A DNA stretch of 64,000 nucleotides from a virus (Duplodnaviria; Caudoviricetes): positions 44,872 to 108,871 of the IMG/VR virus record IMGVR_UViG_3300025653_000020; one strand, 5' to 3'. Shown piece by piece: positions 29,468 to 38,539 of the stretch. The position numbers and the translations under genes are program-made. Within the stretch, counting starts at the first letter, position 1; each line of letters begins with the position of its first letter. A model generated the notes under the pieces. That model saw only the letters and a list, made by a program, of their open reading frames with translations, had not been told where the DNA came from and searched no databases.

Positions 29468-29649
29468 TTTTTGGGTTTAATTTTCACAACCTCAACAATA
29501 AGTTCTTCTTTCATTTGGGAAGAAAAATCTTCGATATTTTTGATGTTGTTTACTATTTGATTTACATCTTTGCAAGAAAGAGTAAAAGACGTTGCTGATG
29601 CCAAGAGAATGCTAAACATAGTCAATAATCCTCCAACTTCAATTGATAT

Positions 29650-29853
29650 TTATTTTTGAAGTGTCCAATGCTCATTACCTTTTTTCTGAACCCAGAAACA
29701 GTATTGCCGATTCAAAGAAACTAGAAAGAACTTATCAGCAGTTTCCTGTTCAATTTGGCAAGAATGGAAACTATCCATAATGTTACAAAAACGATTCTTT
29801 GCCTTTGAACTCTTCGGAGTTACGTTAATAAACTTCTTTTTGGTTGCAGTCAT
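29650..29853 (-). CDS. Conserved cyanophage hypothetical protein
   Basis: VTPKSSKAKNRFCNIMD. Confidence 0.7.
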   Translation of the reverse strand: MTATKKKFINVTPKSSKAKNRFCNIMDSFHSCQIEQETADKFFLVSLNRQYCFWVQKKGNEHWTLQK

Positions 29854-29917
29854 ACCAGTTTTGAATCTCCTGTAAGTTTAGGTGATTTTGAGTGAATTGT
29901 GGGATGTTGTGTGCCAG

Positions 29918-30115
29918 TTAGTCGATTGGCAACTTTGCTACACTCTTTCCCTTACGATGCTTTTCAATAAAGTTCCTTGCAGATTTTTCATTGCGGCAGA
30001 GTTTAATTTGCTGCCCCTTATGTATAATCATAAGTTGGGTGCTGTCTACACCAAAGGGTACAGCAGCATAGACATTCGGATCCTCCCATTTGCCAACGAT
30101 AAATCCTTTTTCCAT
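29918..30115 (-). CDS. Hypothetical protein (65 aa)
   Basis: AGGAGG RBS supplied by the upstream repeat. Confidence 0.7.
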   Translation of the reverse strand: MEKGFIVGKWEDPNVYAAVPFGVDSTQLMIIHKGQQIKLCRNEKSARNFIEKHRKGKSVAKLPID

Positions 30116-30231
30116 AAAATCCTCCTTTTTATTGCGGTCCAGGTGCCATAGGGCGTTTCAGGTGAAATTACAAGTTTTTTGGGTTTTTGCTCTAGTGGTG
30201 GACTGGGTTCTCAGTGGGACTCAGGCAAGAC
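30116..30231. repeat. 116-bp direct repeat, copy 1 (flanks the HNH gene)
   Basis: About 5 mismatches to 30580-30695. Confidence 0.9.
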
Positions 30232-30245
30232 ACCGAAGAGATGGG

Positions 30246-30563
30246 TCAGTTCTTCAGAATACTATTACCCTTTTTCCTGTTGCAGTGGTTACATGCAATA
30301 GCGATGTTTTCAACGTCAAATGCAAGGTGAGGTGCTTCAACGTATGGAATAATGTGATCCAGACAAAAGTGAGTTTCCTTTGTTCTTGGACCTTTCCAAC
30401 CGCAGTAAGAACATTTTACGACATAACCATCACAGCAAACTGCAGGAGCAATGATTTCATTCCAATACCAATACCTAAATTGTGCCCACTGTTCTGTTTG
30501 GCAAAGATACCAAGAATTTGGAAGAGTTGTCACGCCATCCCACTGCGCTAACATTGATCTCAT
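30246..30563 (-). CDS. Small HNH endonuclease
   Basis: CSYCG...LDHIIP...NIAIACNHCNRKKG. Confidence 0.85.
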   Translation of the reverse strand: MRSMLAQWDGVTTLPNSWYLCQTEQWAQFRYWYWNEIIAPAVCCDGYVVKCSYCGWKGPRTKETHFCLDHIIPYVEAPHLAFDVENIAIACNHCNRKKGNSILKN

Positions 30564-30579
30564 AAATTATACTTTGATA

Positions 30580-30695
30580 AAAATCCTTCTTTTTATTGCG
30601 GTGCAGGTGCCATAGGGCGTTTCAGGCGAAATTTCAAGTTTTTTGGGTTTTTGCTCTAGTGGTGGCCTGGGTTCTCAGTGGGACTCAGGCAAGAC
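30580..30695. repeat. 116-bp direct repeat, copy 2
   Basis: Near-identical to 30116-30231. Confidence 0.9.
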
Positions 30696-30721
30696 CCTTG
30701 AGGGGTCCTGCCCGAAGCGGA

Positions 30722-31912
30722 TCAGCGGCGCACCACAGAATCCAGCATCTCACCGCGTTCAAACACAGCGTCAACAACGTTCTGCAATGCTCGCTCGGTA
30801 GAGACACCAACCTGAGAGTAAACAGGAACAACACAGAGACCAAACTTCTTGGTATCGCTACCCAAACGCAGCACACGTCCGATCGTCTGAGTCATCTCAA
30901 TCACATCCATATTGCGAAGGAAAACAACAGTCTCCAGTTCACTCACGTTGATACCCTCAGAGAGAATAGAACGGTGAAGAACAACAAAGTGTTTGTTGGG
31001 ATCCTTACCCCAAGCGTTGAGAGTGTTGAAGAACTCTTCACGGTTCACTTTCTTGCCATCAATCACAGCACCAGTTTTGCTGGTGATGTAGAGGTAAGAG
31101 TAACCACGTTGATGCAATTCAGAAGCAAAATCAGTGAATCCCATCAGATTAATGAGTTGCTTGCTTGTCTTAACACAAACAAGAATCTTCTTGGTCTGAG
31201 TGTCATCAATGGTTTCCAGCACGTTAGCACAATCAATGTTAGGATTGATCTGCTTTGCCTTATGCATATCAAACTTCTTTGCCTGAATCTTAGGAGGAAT
31301 GATGTAACCACCCTCTACCAGTTCAGGAGCAGAAACACGGCAAATAATGTCACCATAAACCTCAACATCGTTCATACCAGGTTTGTTGATAGTGACAGAA
31401 GTCTTGCGGGTTGCAGTAAAGAAGTAGCAACGTTCTGCATCGCCAGAGAAGAACTCTGTAGGAGCAAAGAAGTTACGTTTTACAGAATTGTGTGCTTCAT
31501 CAAAGTAAATGGTGTTCACTTCGATGTCTGCTTGACGCAAACGATCAAGAGAATTGTAGGTGGTGAAGATAATGCAAGCATCGCCAGCAGTGCGAGCAAC
31601 GTTAGCAAACATATGAATTTGCTTGGGGTTGGTGCTGCTGAAGTGAGAAGTTTCACCACTGTGAGCGTGCATTACGTGCACATTCTTGGTGTCGATAACC
31701 TCAAGAAATTCGCTACAGAGTTGCTCTGCAAGCAAAATACGAGGGCAAACAACAACAATGGTGGTGGCACCAATGTTGTCAATCTGTGCCTTAGCATCAG
31801 TAATCATGGTGAGAGTCTTGCCTGCACCAGTAGGCATAATCAACTGCCCCTTCATATGGGCAACCATTGCATCAACACCGCGTTGCTGGTGGGGGCGAAG
31901 GGTCAGGGTCAT
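30722..31912 (-). CDS. SF2 DEAD/DEAH-box helicase (ResIII-like)
   Basis: LRPHQ, MPTGAGKT, DEAH, TAT, LSEGIN, QTIGRVLR; start set at MTLTLRP, downstream of the promoter. Confidence 0.9.
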   Translation of the reverse strand: MTLTLRPHQQRGVDAMVAHMKGQLIMPTGAGKTLTMITDAKAQIDNIGATTIVVVCPRILLAEQLCSEFLEVIDTKNVHVMHAHSGETSHFSSTNPKQIHMFANVARTAGDACIIFTTYNSLDRLRQADIEVNTIYFDEAHNSVKRNFFAPTEFFSGDAERCYFFTATRKTSVTINKPGMNDVEVYGDIICRVSAPELVEGGYIIPPKIQAKKFDMHKAKQINPNIDCANVLETIDDTQTKKILVCVKTSKQLINLMGFTDFASELHQRGYSYLYITSKTGAVIDGKKVNREEFFNTLNAWGKDPNKHFVVLHRSILSEGINVSELETVVFLRNMDVIEMTQTIGRVLRLGSDTKKFGLCVVPVYSQVGVSTERALQNVVDAVFERGEMLDSVVRR

Positions 31913-32003
31913 CAACGAATCAATTTCAATACATACATAATAACCCCCCTGACCGCGAAAGTCAAGGGGGTTGTGTAGGTTATTCAACTGTCACACTACA
32001 TTC

Positions 32004-32222
32004 TCACCACTCGGGTTGATGAGAACGATGGTTCATAAGGTAAGTTAGACAATCATCCGCTTTCTTAAGTTCCTTTTCTTTCTGATACCTGTCAGAATGA
32101 TACACACTCAAACGGTCAACTTCTTTGAGAAGATTGAGTCGAAAGAAAGTGAACTCATCATCAGCAAAAAGTGTGCGGGGGTCTTGTCTTTTCATTGTTA
32201 AGTGATAAATTGGGAGTTGCAA
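32004..32222 (-). CDS. Hypothetical protein
   Basis: ORF track. Confidence 0.55.
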   Translation of the reverse strand: MQLPIYHLTMKRQDPRTLFADDEFTFFRLNLLKEVDRLSVYHSDRYQKEKELKKADDCLTYLMNHRSHQPEW

Positions 32223-32237
32223 TAAACCGAACTTTAA

Positions 32238-32657
32238 TCAGACAGCAAGTGCGCCGCTGGGAATCTCAACAACCTCAGGCAGCGGTTTTCTATCATCAAA
32301 CTGGTGCATATCATAACATACCCATTCACCATTGCGGAAGACATATGCAAACTCTTCGCTTTTATCGGGCAGCAAATACTCTGCAAGGTTAGCATCAAGG
32401 CGTGGAGGAGTATCTGATGCCCGTTGAGAATAATACTCAGGAGCATATTGACCCTCAGGAAGTTTACCCTCCCAAGTGCGATTAGACCAGCAAGAACTCA
32501 TATCACCACCATCAATCAGTTCGGATACTTTATCCTTAGTGTTGTAGTGTGTGGTGAGAATACGACCCAACCACTGAGGATAACCATCATAGTGGTGATA
32601 AGCAGAAAGAATAGAACCGTCTTTGAGTTCGATACCAATGCGAGAACGGGTTGCCAT
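32238..32657 (-). CDS. Conserved phage hypothetical protein (MATRSRIG...YHHYDGYP)
   Basis: Recognisable widespread phage motif; start set downstream of the promoter. Confidence 0.75.
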   Translation of the reverse strand: MATRSRIGIELKDGSILSAYHHYDGYPQWLGRILTTHYNTKDKVSELIDGGDMSSCWSNRTWEGKLPEGQYAPEYYSQRASDTPPRLDANLAEYLLPDKSEEFAYVFRNGEWVCYDMHQFDDRKPLPEVVEIPSGALAV

Positions 32658-32742
32658 CAGTGGTTTTCTTGAGTACCTTGTTATTATAGGGCAGAGATGG
32701 GGCGGTTTCGGGGCAGGAGTGGACAGTTCTCCGATTGGCACA

Positions 32743-33282
32743 CTAATATTTCAATCCAGCAAAATATAAATCCTGAGGAACAACATTTCTAGATTCAAAC
32801 TGATAATACTGAAAATGTTTATTGAAATTGATTATATTCATAAAATCCATCTGCCCAAGATTTTTATAATAATCCCAATTTAGACCAACAGTTAAAGGTG
32901 AAGCTTCTGGACTACTCCGTGTGGTTCCATGTTCCTCCCTACCATAAGTTGCACAAGTAAAAAATACCAGTCCACCATCTTTACACATACGAATCATATT
33001 TTGAAATGTTTCCAACCAATAAGGATTATGCTCAAAACATTCGGCAGAAAGAACAACATCATAAGTTTTATCTGGAGCATTATAATTTTGCCCAGGACAA
33101 ACTATATCAACTCCAGGACCTCCTCCTACATCAATTCCAGTATAATCACAGTTCTCAAAGAAGTATCGAGCACTTCCATTAATGTCCAAACTTCCTATCT
33201 CTAAGACTTTTTTGTTTTTAAAGTGATCTGGATACTGATTTTTTACCTTTGCAATAAAGTTAAACTGTTCTTGGTGTGCCAT
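32743..33282 (-). CDS. Class I SAM-dependent methyltransferase (non-DNA type)
   Basis: VLEIGSLD...YDVVLSAECFEH...KDGGLVFFT. Confidence 0.85.
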   Translation of the reverse strand: MAHQEQFNFIAKVKNQYPDHFKNKKVLEIGSLDINGSARYFFENCDYTGIDVGGGPGVDIVCPGQNYNAPDKTYDVVLSAECFEHNPYWLETFQNMIRMCKDGGLVFFTCATYGREEHGTTRSSPEASPLTVGLNWDYYKNLGQMDFMNIINFNKHFQYYQFESRNVVPQDLYFAGLKY

Positions 33283-33285
33283 TTA

Positions 33286-33495
33286 TTACGGAAACATTGG
33301 ATAATTGTCTGGTGGTTTAGGTGGACCAGAGCGATCAAATTTGTTTAATTGATACCCTTCCCTCAATGCTTGATTGATAATGTTGTCATAAGAATGAGAG
33401 CGCAAAGGAATATTCCTATGCAGAAGAAAGTCTTCACAATCTTCTGCCAGGAGTTCCTTTTGCTCGTGAGTAAGTGTTTCTAAATCAAGCATCAT
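33286..33495 (-). CDS. Hypothetical protein (69 aa)
   Basis: ORF track. Confidence 0.6.
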   Translation of the reverse strand: MMLDLETLTHEQKELLAEDCEDFLLHRNIPLRSHSYDNIINQALREGYQLNKFDRSGPPKPPDNYPMFP

Positions 33496-33956
33496 TCATA
33501 ATCAAAAGTGACATTTTCTTCTGGAAAATCAGATTCAATTTTCTCAATCATTTCTTCCAAATCATATTCTTCAAATTCGATCATTGCAAGCAGTTTACGG
33601 TCAAGCATAACTTCTTCAGTGGTAGACATCAATTCGAAAACAGACATTTTGATTGGGGGAATGAAGTTTCTTACTAATAATTTAGCATAGAAACAAAATT
33701 AAATCAAGTGAGATTTTTGTCGTTCAATTTCACACTTAATTGGAATCAACTTTGAATACAAATAGTTTTCATATTCATTATCTTTGAGCAATTCAACCAG
33801 ATTATCAATTTGAATTTCTGCTAGTACGAGTTTTGTGAGTTCGTTCATTGTAATCCTTCAAGAATTGCTTTTCAATGTTGTCCAGATGATTAAACTTTTC
33901 GGAGAATAAAGCAAAGAATGCCCATCCAACTCCAGCACTAATGATTAGAAAGTAAA

Positions 33957-34157
33957 TCAACATTCATCCATAGGAAGATGATCCGATTTTTCTTCAGTTT
34001 TCTTTTGAGTTACACGAATGTTATAAGGAGAATTGAAAAAGCGACGGAAAGCAACCACAACAATGAGTAGCGCCGAAGTAACTCCAACAAGACCAAGGAA
34101 GGTGGTAGCATCACCAGTAAAAGTGTAGGTGTCAGGTGTCATTTTGCGTAGATACAA
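33957..34157 (-). CDS. Small membrane protein
   Basis: One hydrophobic helix followed by RRFFNSPYN. Confidence 0.6.
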   Translation of the reverse strand: MYLRKMTPDTYTFTGDATTFLGLVGVTSALLIVVVAFRRFFNSPYNIRVTQKKTEEKSDHLPMDEC

Positions 34158-34281
34158 TTGGGGTTTGCAGGTTGCTTAGCACAGATTTTATCATATGCTT
34201 CTAACATTTTAGCATCTCTTTGTGCCAGAAATACATTGTACATCAGAATGCCAATGAGCGCAAGAAAAATGTAGGATGTTT

Positions 34282-34482
34282 TCATTTTAGTTCAATACGA
34301 TCAAAGAGAAGCATACCAATTTCAAATGCCAAATCCTCATCCATCTCACCCATCAGAGAGTAAATAGCATCAGGAATCAAATCCTGCATGAGTTCAGCAT
34401 ACTTTTCATTCATATAGATATGCTCAATCACATCTTTCTTAACAGCATCAGCAATTTTGGAAACGGTTTTGTTAGAAAGCAT
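34282..34482 (-). CDS. Hypothetical early protein (66 aa, MLSNKTV...)
   Basis: Downstream of the palindrome promoter at 34540. Confidence 0.65.
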   Translation of the reverse strand: MLSNKTVSKIADAVKKDVIEHIYMNEKYAELMQDLIPDAIYSLMGEMDEDLAFEIGMLLFDRIELK

Positions 34483-34564
34483 TGCTTTTCTCAGGTACTT
34501 TGTAAGTATAGGGCATGGGAGCGCCCTGTGGATGCTCCGTGTGCCAGTTGTTTGAGTGTCACAG

Positions 34565-34795
34565 TTATTTGTACTTTGGAGGGCGAAGTTTAAGAGTATC
34601 AAGATCAATAACCATGACAGGATCTTTCTTATTAATATAATCTAACCACTCTTTGATCGCTTTCTCTGTCAATTCACTCTTTTGTTTTGGATAATTTATG
34701 GGTGGATAAAACCACCCACGTTTTGTTATGTCATACTGGAAGTCTTCCATATAAACTACTTTCAAATATCTTTTTAGCATCTGGATTGATATCAA
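34565..34795 (-). CDS. Hypothetical protein (true start likely MEDFQ)
   Basis: ORF track. Confidence 0.5.
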   Translation of the reverse strand: MISIQMLKRYLKVVYMEDFQYDITKRGWFYPPINYPKQKSELTEKAIKEWLDYINKKDPVMVIDLDTLKLRPPKYK

Positions 34796-35645
34796 ACAAT
34801 TGATATTGCCTATTAAGTTTTATTGCTGCTCTACCTGTTGTTCCACTACCAGCAAAAGGATCACAAACCATATCACCTTCATTGGAAAACATACTTATCA
34901 CTCGTTCCAACAACTTTACCGGTTTTTGTGTAGCATATGAAAGTTTCTCTCCATTTTGTATTTGTGAAATATCATCCCATATATCTTTGACCTGTATTCC
35001 TTTCATCTCATGATAATATCTCTTGATTCTGGGAATGCCTTGTTTGTTATATACTAACCTATTATCCTTATCCAACTCTTCCATCTTCTCTCTTGACACA
35101 TACCATTGTTGGTTATTTCCTTTCCACTCATATCTCAGGTTCGGTCTAGGAACTACCTCAGGTTGAGAATTCTTCAAAGCGCTGGTAGAATAATATCCTC
35201 TTTCATCTTTGTTACTATTCCTCACATCATCTTCATTGTATTCCTTATACTCTGGATTAAAGGTGTGTGATGCTGTTTTACTATAAACAACAATAGTGTC
35301 GTGATTTCTTTGTAACTTTTTTTCTGTGTTGTGATTACCACCAGACTTCCACACTATCTCATTCACAAACCTATTCTCACCAAATACACTATCACACACT
35401 ATTCGAATGTGGTGAGATATACGTGGTTCTACATGAATAACAATTAAACCCTTATTTGTTAGTTTATCATGTACCGCTTTGACAACAGGCAATATAAGTT
35501 CATCTCTATATTCATTAGAGGAACTAAACCTGTCATCAAAGTTGTAAAAGTCTCTACCAGTGTTGTATGGAGGATCCATATAACATAAATCTATTTTGTT
35601 CATAGTCATAATACCATCAACTGCTGGTAGAATAGTGTATTTCAT
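34731..35645 (-). CDS. DNA N6-adenine/N4-cytosine methyltransferase, beta class
   Basis: IDLCYMDPPY...YATQKPVKLLERVI...DPFAGSGTT. Confidence 0.92.
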   Translation of the reverse strand: MKYTILPAVDGIMTMNKIDLCYMDPPYNTGRDFYNFDDRFSSSNEYRDELILPVVKAVHDKLTNKGLIVIHVEPRISHHIRIVCDSVFGENRFVNEIVWKSGGNHNTEKKLQRNHDTIVVYSKTASHTFNPEYKEYNEDDVRNSNKDERGYYSTSALKNSQPEVVPRPNLRYEWKGNNQQWYVSREKMEELDKDNRLVYNKQGIPRIKRYYHEMKGIQVKDIWDDISQIQNGEKLSYATQKPVKLLERVISMFSNEGDMVCDPFAGSGTTGRAAIKLNRQYQLFDINPDAKKIFESSLYGRLPV

Positions 35646-35673
35646 AAGGTAGTATTATATCTTTGTTATTATA

Positions 35674-36201
35674 TCACAAATTGTTCAACATGCCAATAAC
35701 CTCCACAGATTTACCCTCATACTTTTTCTTCACTTTTGCCGGTACAGTACCCACACAATATCCAGGCATATCATCACATTCCAGTTCTTCTGCTGGAATA
35801 GCAATGTAGTTCCATTCTTTGTAGTTTTCATATTGACCGTTAGGAATTACAAACAATACAACATCAAAACTATCAACAGAGTACCTTACCTGCCCATTTT
35901 TAGATCCACCTGTAGAATTTTTACCGGTAGTTCTGCGAGTTTGTTCCATATGCAGTGTTTTGCCTCCCCTGAACTTCACCTGAATTCTCAAACCACTATC
36001 CTTCACCAACAAATCATACTTTGATTGTTGTCCATCCTCATCATCGGGAGCAGATATAACATTCAAACCACATTGTTGTTTCAACCATTCGGGAGCAATA
36101 ACTTTTTCAGTTGTATATGCAAGAAACTTTCCAATTTCTCTTGTATCATTCTCCACAATAAGTTTTTCAAATCCAATTGCAACTGCTTCTGAAAGTTTCA
36201 T
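35674..36201 (-). CDS. Putative PD-(D/E/Q)xK restriction-like endonuclease
   Basis: KYDLLVKDSGLRIQVKFR; immediately upstream of the MTase. Confidence 0.6.
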   Translation of the reverse strand: MKLSEAVAIGFEKLIVENDTREIGKFLAYTTEKVIAPEWLKQQCGLNVISAPDDEDGQQSKYDLLVKDSGLRIQVKFRGGKTLHMEQTRRTTGKNSTGGSKNGQVRYSVDSFDVVLFVIPNGQYENYKEWNYIAIPAEELECDDMPGYCVGTVPAKVKKKYEGKSVEVIGMLNNL

Positions 36202-36294
36202 AATGTTTGGTGGTTACACCTAAGGAGCACTCAAAAGGAGAGAAAAGTGCCAGGAAGGCGAAACCAACACCGGCACTTATGATGAGAAAGTATA

Positions 36295-36759
36295 TCATCG
36301 CAGATAAAGATAACCACCTGCCCAATCACACTTCTCAAGCATTTCCTCACGCTCAGTGATAATTAACAAATTGTAACGAACACCTTTGGCAGGTGCTTTG
36401 ATGCTGGCAGGTTTATACACTTCACCAGTCTTCTTATCTACAAAAGCATGAATAGAACGAGAACCATTGGCACTCATCATAATTTTGTGATACTTACGTC
36501 CACTCTCAACAGTGAACTCATAACCACAGTTACCATTCTTCAGGTCTTCAATACATGCCTGATGATAGTCATACTTTACAATGTCAACATTTTGAATGTT
36601 GCCATACTCTTTAACATAACGCTGATGAGACTTGATGCTGTAATCAATGTAGTTCTGGCGCAGAGCATCACACAGCATCAGACAATACTTGGTAACATTC
36701 AACTGAATAGTGTTACGAGCATTTTGCTGGGCAACGTAGTCAGTGAAGGTGGTGGTCAT
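36295..36759 (-). CDS. Conserved phage hypothetical protein
   Basis: GRKYHKI...SIHAFVDKKTGEVYKPAS...W.GGYLY. Confidence 0.8.
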   Translation of the reverse strand: MTTTFTDYVAQQNARNTIQLNVTKYCLMLCDALRQNYIDYSIKSHQRYVKEYGNIQNVDIVKYDYHQACIEDLKNGNCGYEFTVESGRKYHKIMMSANGSRSIHAFVDKKTGEVYKPASIKAPAKGVRYNLLIITEREEMLEKCDWAGGYLYLR

Positions 36760-37108
36760 CGGTTTGTTTCGTATGAAAGTATTATAGAGGCATATGGGGG
36801 AATTTCAGCGTCCCCCTGTGCCACTTATTCAACTGTATCGAGTAGTAGTAGCAACAGACATAATTAAAGACTCTTGATAAGAGAGAGAATGGAAGTGGAC
36901 TTCATTTTACGATCCATTTTATCAGCGCGACGTTTTATATCACGTTTAGAAGGGGCAACAACAGGTCGATTTTGTTTGTATTCGAGATTGTGTTCTTTTA
37001 GTCCACGAATCATCAGTGCTTTTCTTGATTACCTTGTAATAATACGGGAAAACAGGCACCTATGGGAAAAGGGTGTGCCAGATTTTGGATTGGCACACCC
37101 CTTACTTT

Positions 37109-38431
37109 TTATTTAATACGATATGTGCCTTTTTTGTTTTTGTCTCTTTCTAGCATATTCTTCCTCTCAAGAACTTGGATTTCTCGGAGAATCGTACCAC
37201 GAAAACTTTCCTCACTCCTAAATTTGGAGATTGTAGTCCGAATTGGTCGAATTACATTATATGCTTCAGAAGCACTAAAAAATTCAGAACCAAAATGTGC
37301 TTGAAGGATTGAGAAAGTCATTTGCCACATCTTCATATTGATAGATTGTGGAGTTTCTAGTTGGTCTTCGATATCTTGAAGTTTATCATAGTCATCTGCA
37401 TCAGAAATCTGAGGAGGACGCTTACCGATAATCAGAAAATCGCAGAGATTAACATCACTATCATTGTAAATGGCATCGAGACTATCAAGAATGCCGTAAA
37501 CTTCTTTAATACGCACATTAATAACGTTCAGAAGTTCATCACCATCGGAAACATTAGTGGTATTTACATAGAAATTAACCACTGTTTTAATTCCGTTGGC
37601 AGCATTGCTAAGGAAAACAGGAAGAAAGTCTCTCAACCAAACTTTCTGACTTGCTTCATAAAGTCGATTTACAACCTTAGTAGTTACAACAGCACTAGAA
37701 TCAAGAATAACGATACCGTGCTTGTTAAAGACTTCAACGATACCACCAGGACCTGAGCGTTGAGTATAATTAGTCAAGAAAGATTCTTTGATTTCTTTCT
37801 TGAAAATTTGCTTTTTAAGATTGGTTCGGTTGATTGCAATCTCATTAACGGCAAACTTATCAACCCACTCGTCGACCATTTCCTGAGTTACAGTGATACC
37901 CTTTTCTTGTTGGCGGCGAACCCATTCAGTTCCACGACTCTTATAATCATCGTAGTTAGATTCAGTTCCATCTGGTTGTGGTTGATGAAGAAGACCAACC
38001 TCATCAATTACATCACCATTATCATATCCCTCATTGACACCGTAGACATCAACAAGCATCCACTCATAATCGTTAGCAACATACCACATCCAACGGTGAT
38101 TGCCATTTACCAACCAATCATAAAGTTGGTTGTTTTCATCATCATGAAGAATGATAGGGGGAAGTTTACCAATCTTATATCCCTTCTCCAAAGAACGAGC
38201 AACACGGTCAAATACCTTGCGATCGTTACCACGCTTTCGCCCAACATTCTTACGAAGTTTAATATCTTTGGTGTTGACGATGGTAGTGTAAAGATACTTA
38301 CAAGATGCGTATTCAGGTCGAACATAACCTTCAACCTCACGCTTTAGGTGAAGCATTTCATCAGTATTCTTCGGGTGAGGAATACGATCTGCGGGGATAG
38401 AAACTTCTTTCCCAAAACCTTTATTTGACAT
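37109..38431 (-). CDS. ParB/Srx-like N-terminal domain plus C-terminal DpnI-like winged helix
   Basis: LPPIIL...LVNGNHR; C-terminus W...EFFSASEAY...ILREIQVLERKNMLE...GTYR. Confidence 0.6.
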   Translation of the reverse strand: MSNKGFGKEVSIPADRIPHPKNTDEMLHLKREVEGYVRPEYASCKYLYTTIVNTKDIKLRKNVGRKRGNDRKVFDRVARSLEKGYKIGKLPPIILHDDENNQLYDWLVNGNHRWMWYVANDYEWMLVDVYGVNEGYDNGDVIDEVGLLHQPQPDGTESNYDDYKSRGTEWVRRQQEKGITVTQEMVDEWVDKFAVNEIAINRTNLKKQIFKKEIKESFLTNYTQRSGPGGIVEVFNKHGIVILDSSAVVTTKVVNRLYEASQKVWLRDFLPVFLSNAANGIKTVVNFYVNTTNVSDGDELLNVINVRIKEVYGILDSLDAIYNDSDVNLCDFLIIGKRPPQISDADDYDKLQDIEDQLETPQSINMKMWQMTFSILQAHFGSEFFSASEAYNVIRPIRTTISKFRSEESFRGTILREIQVLERKNMLERDKNKKGTYRIK

Positions 38432-38539
38432 AATTTTAATTTTTGCAATTTGCAATGTGGTGAGGAATCCCTCAACCACGAATACAATATAAGGTATTTT
38501 CTCTACTCTGTCAACCGTATCGTGTCAGTTCTTCAACTG

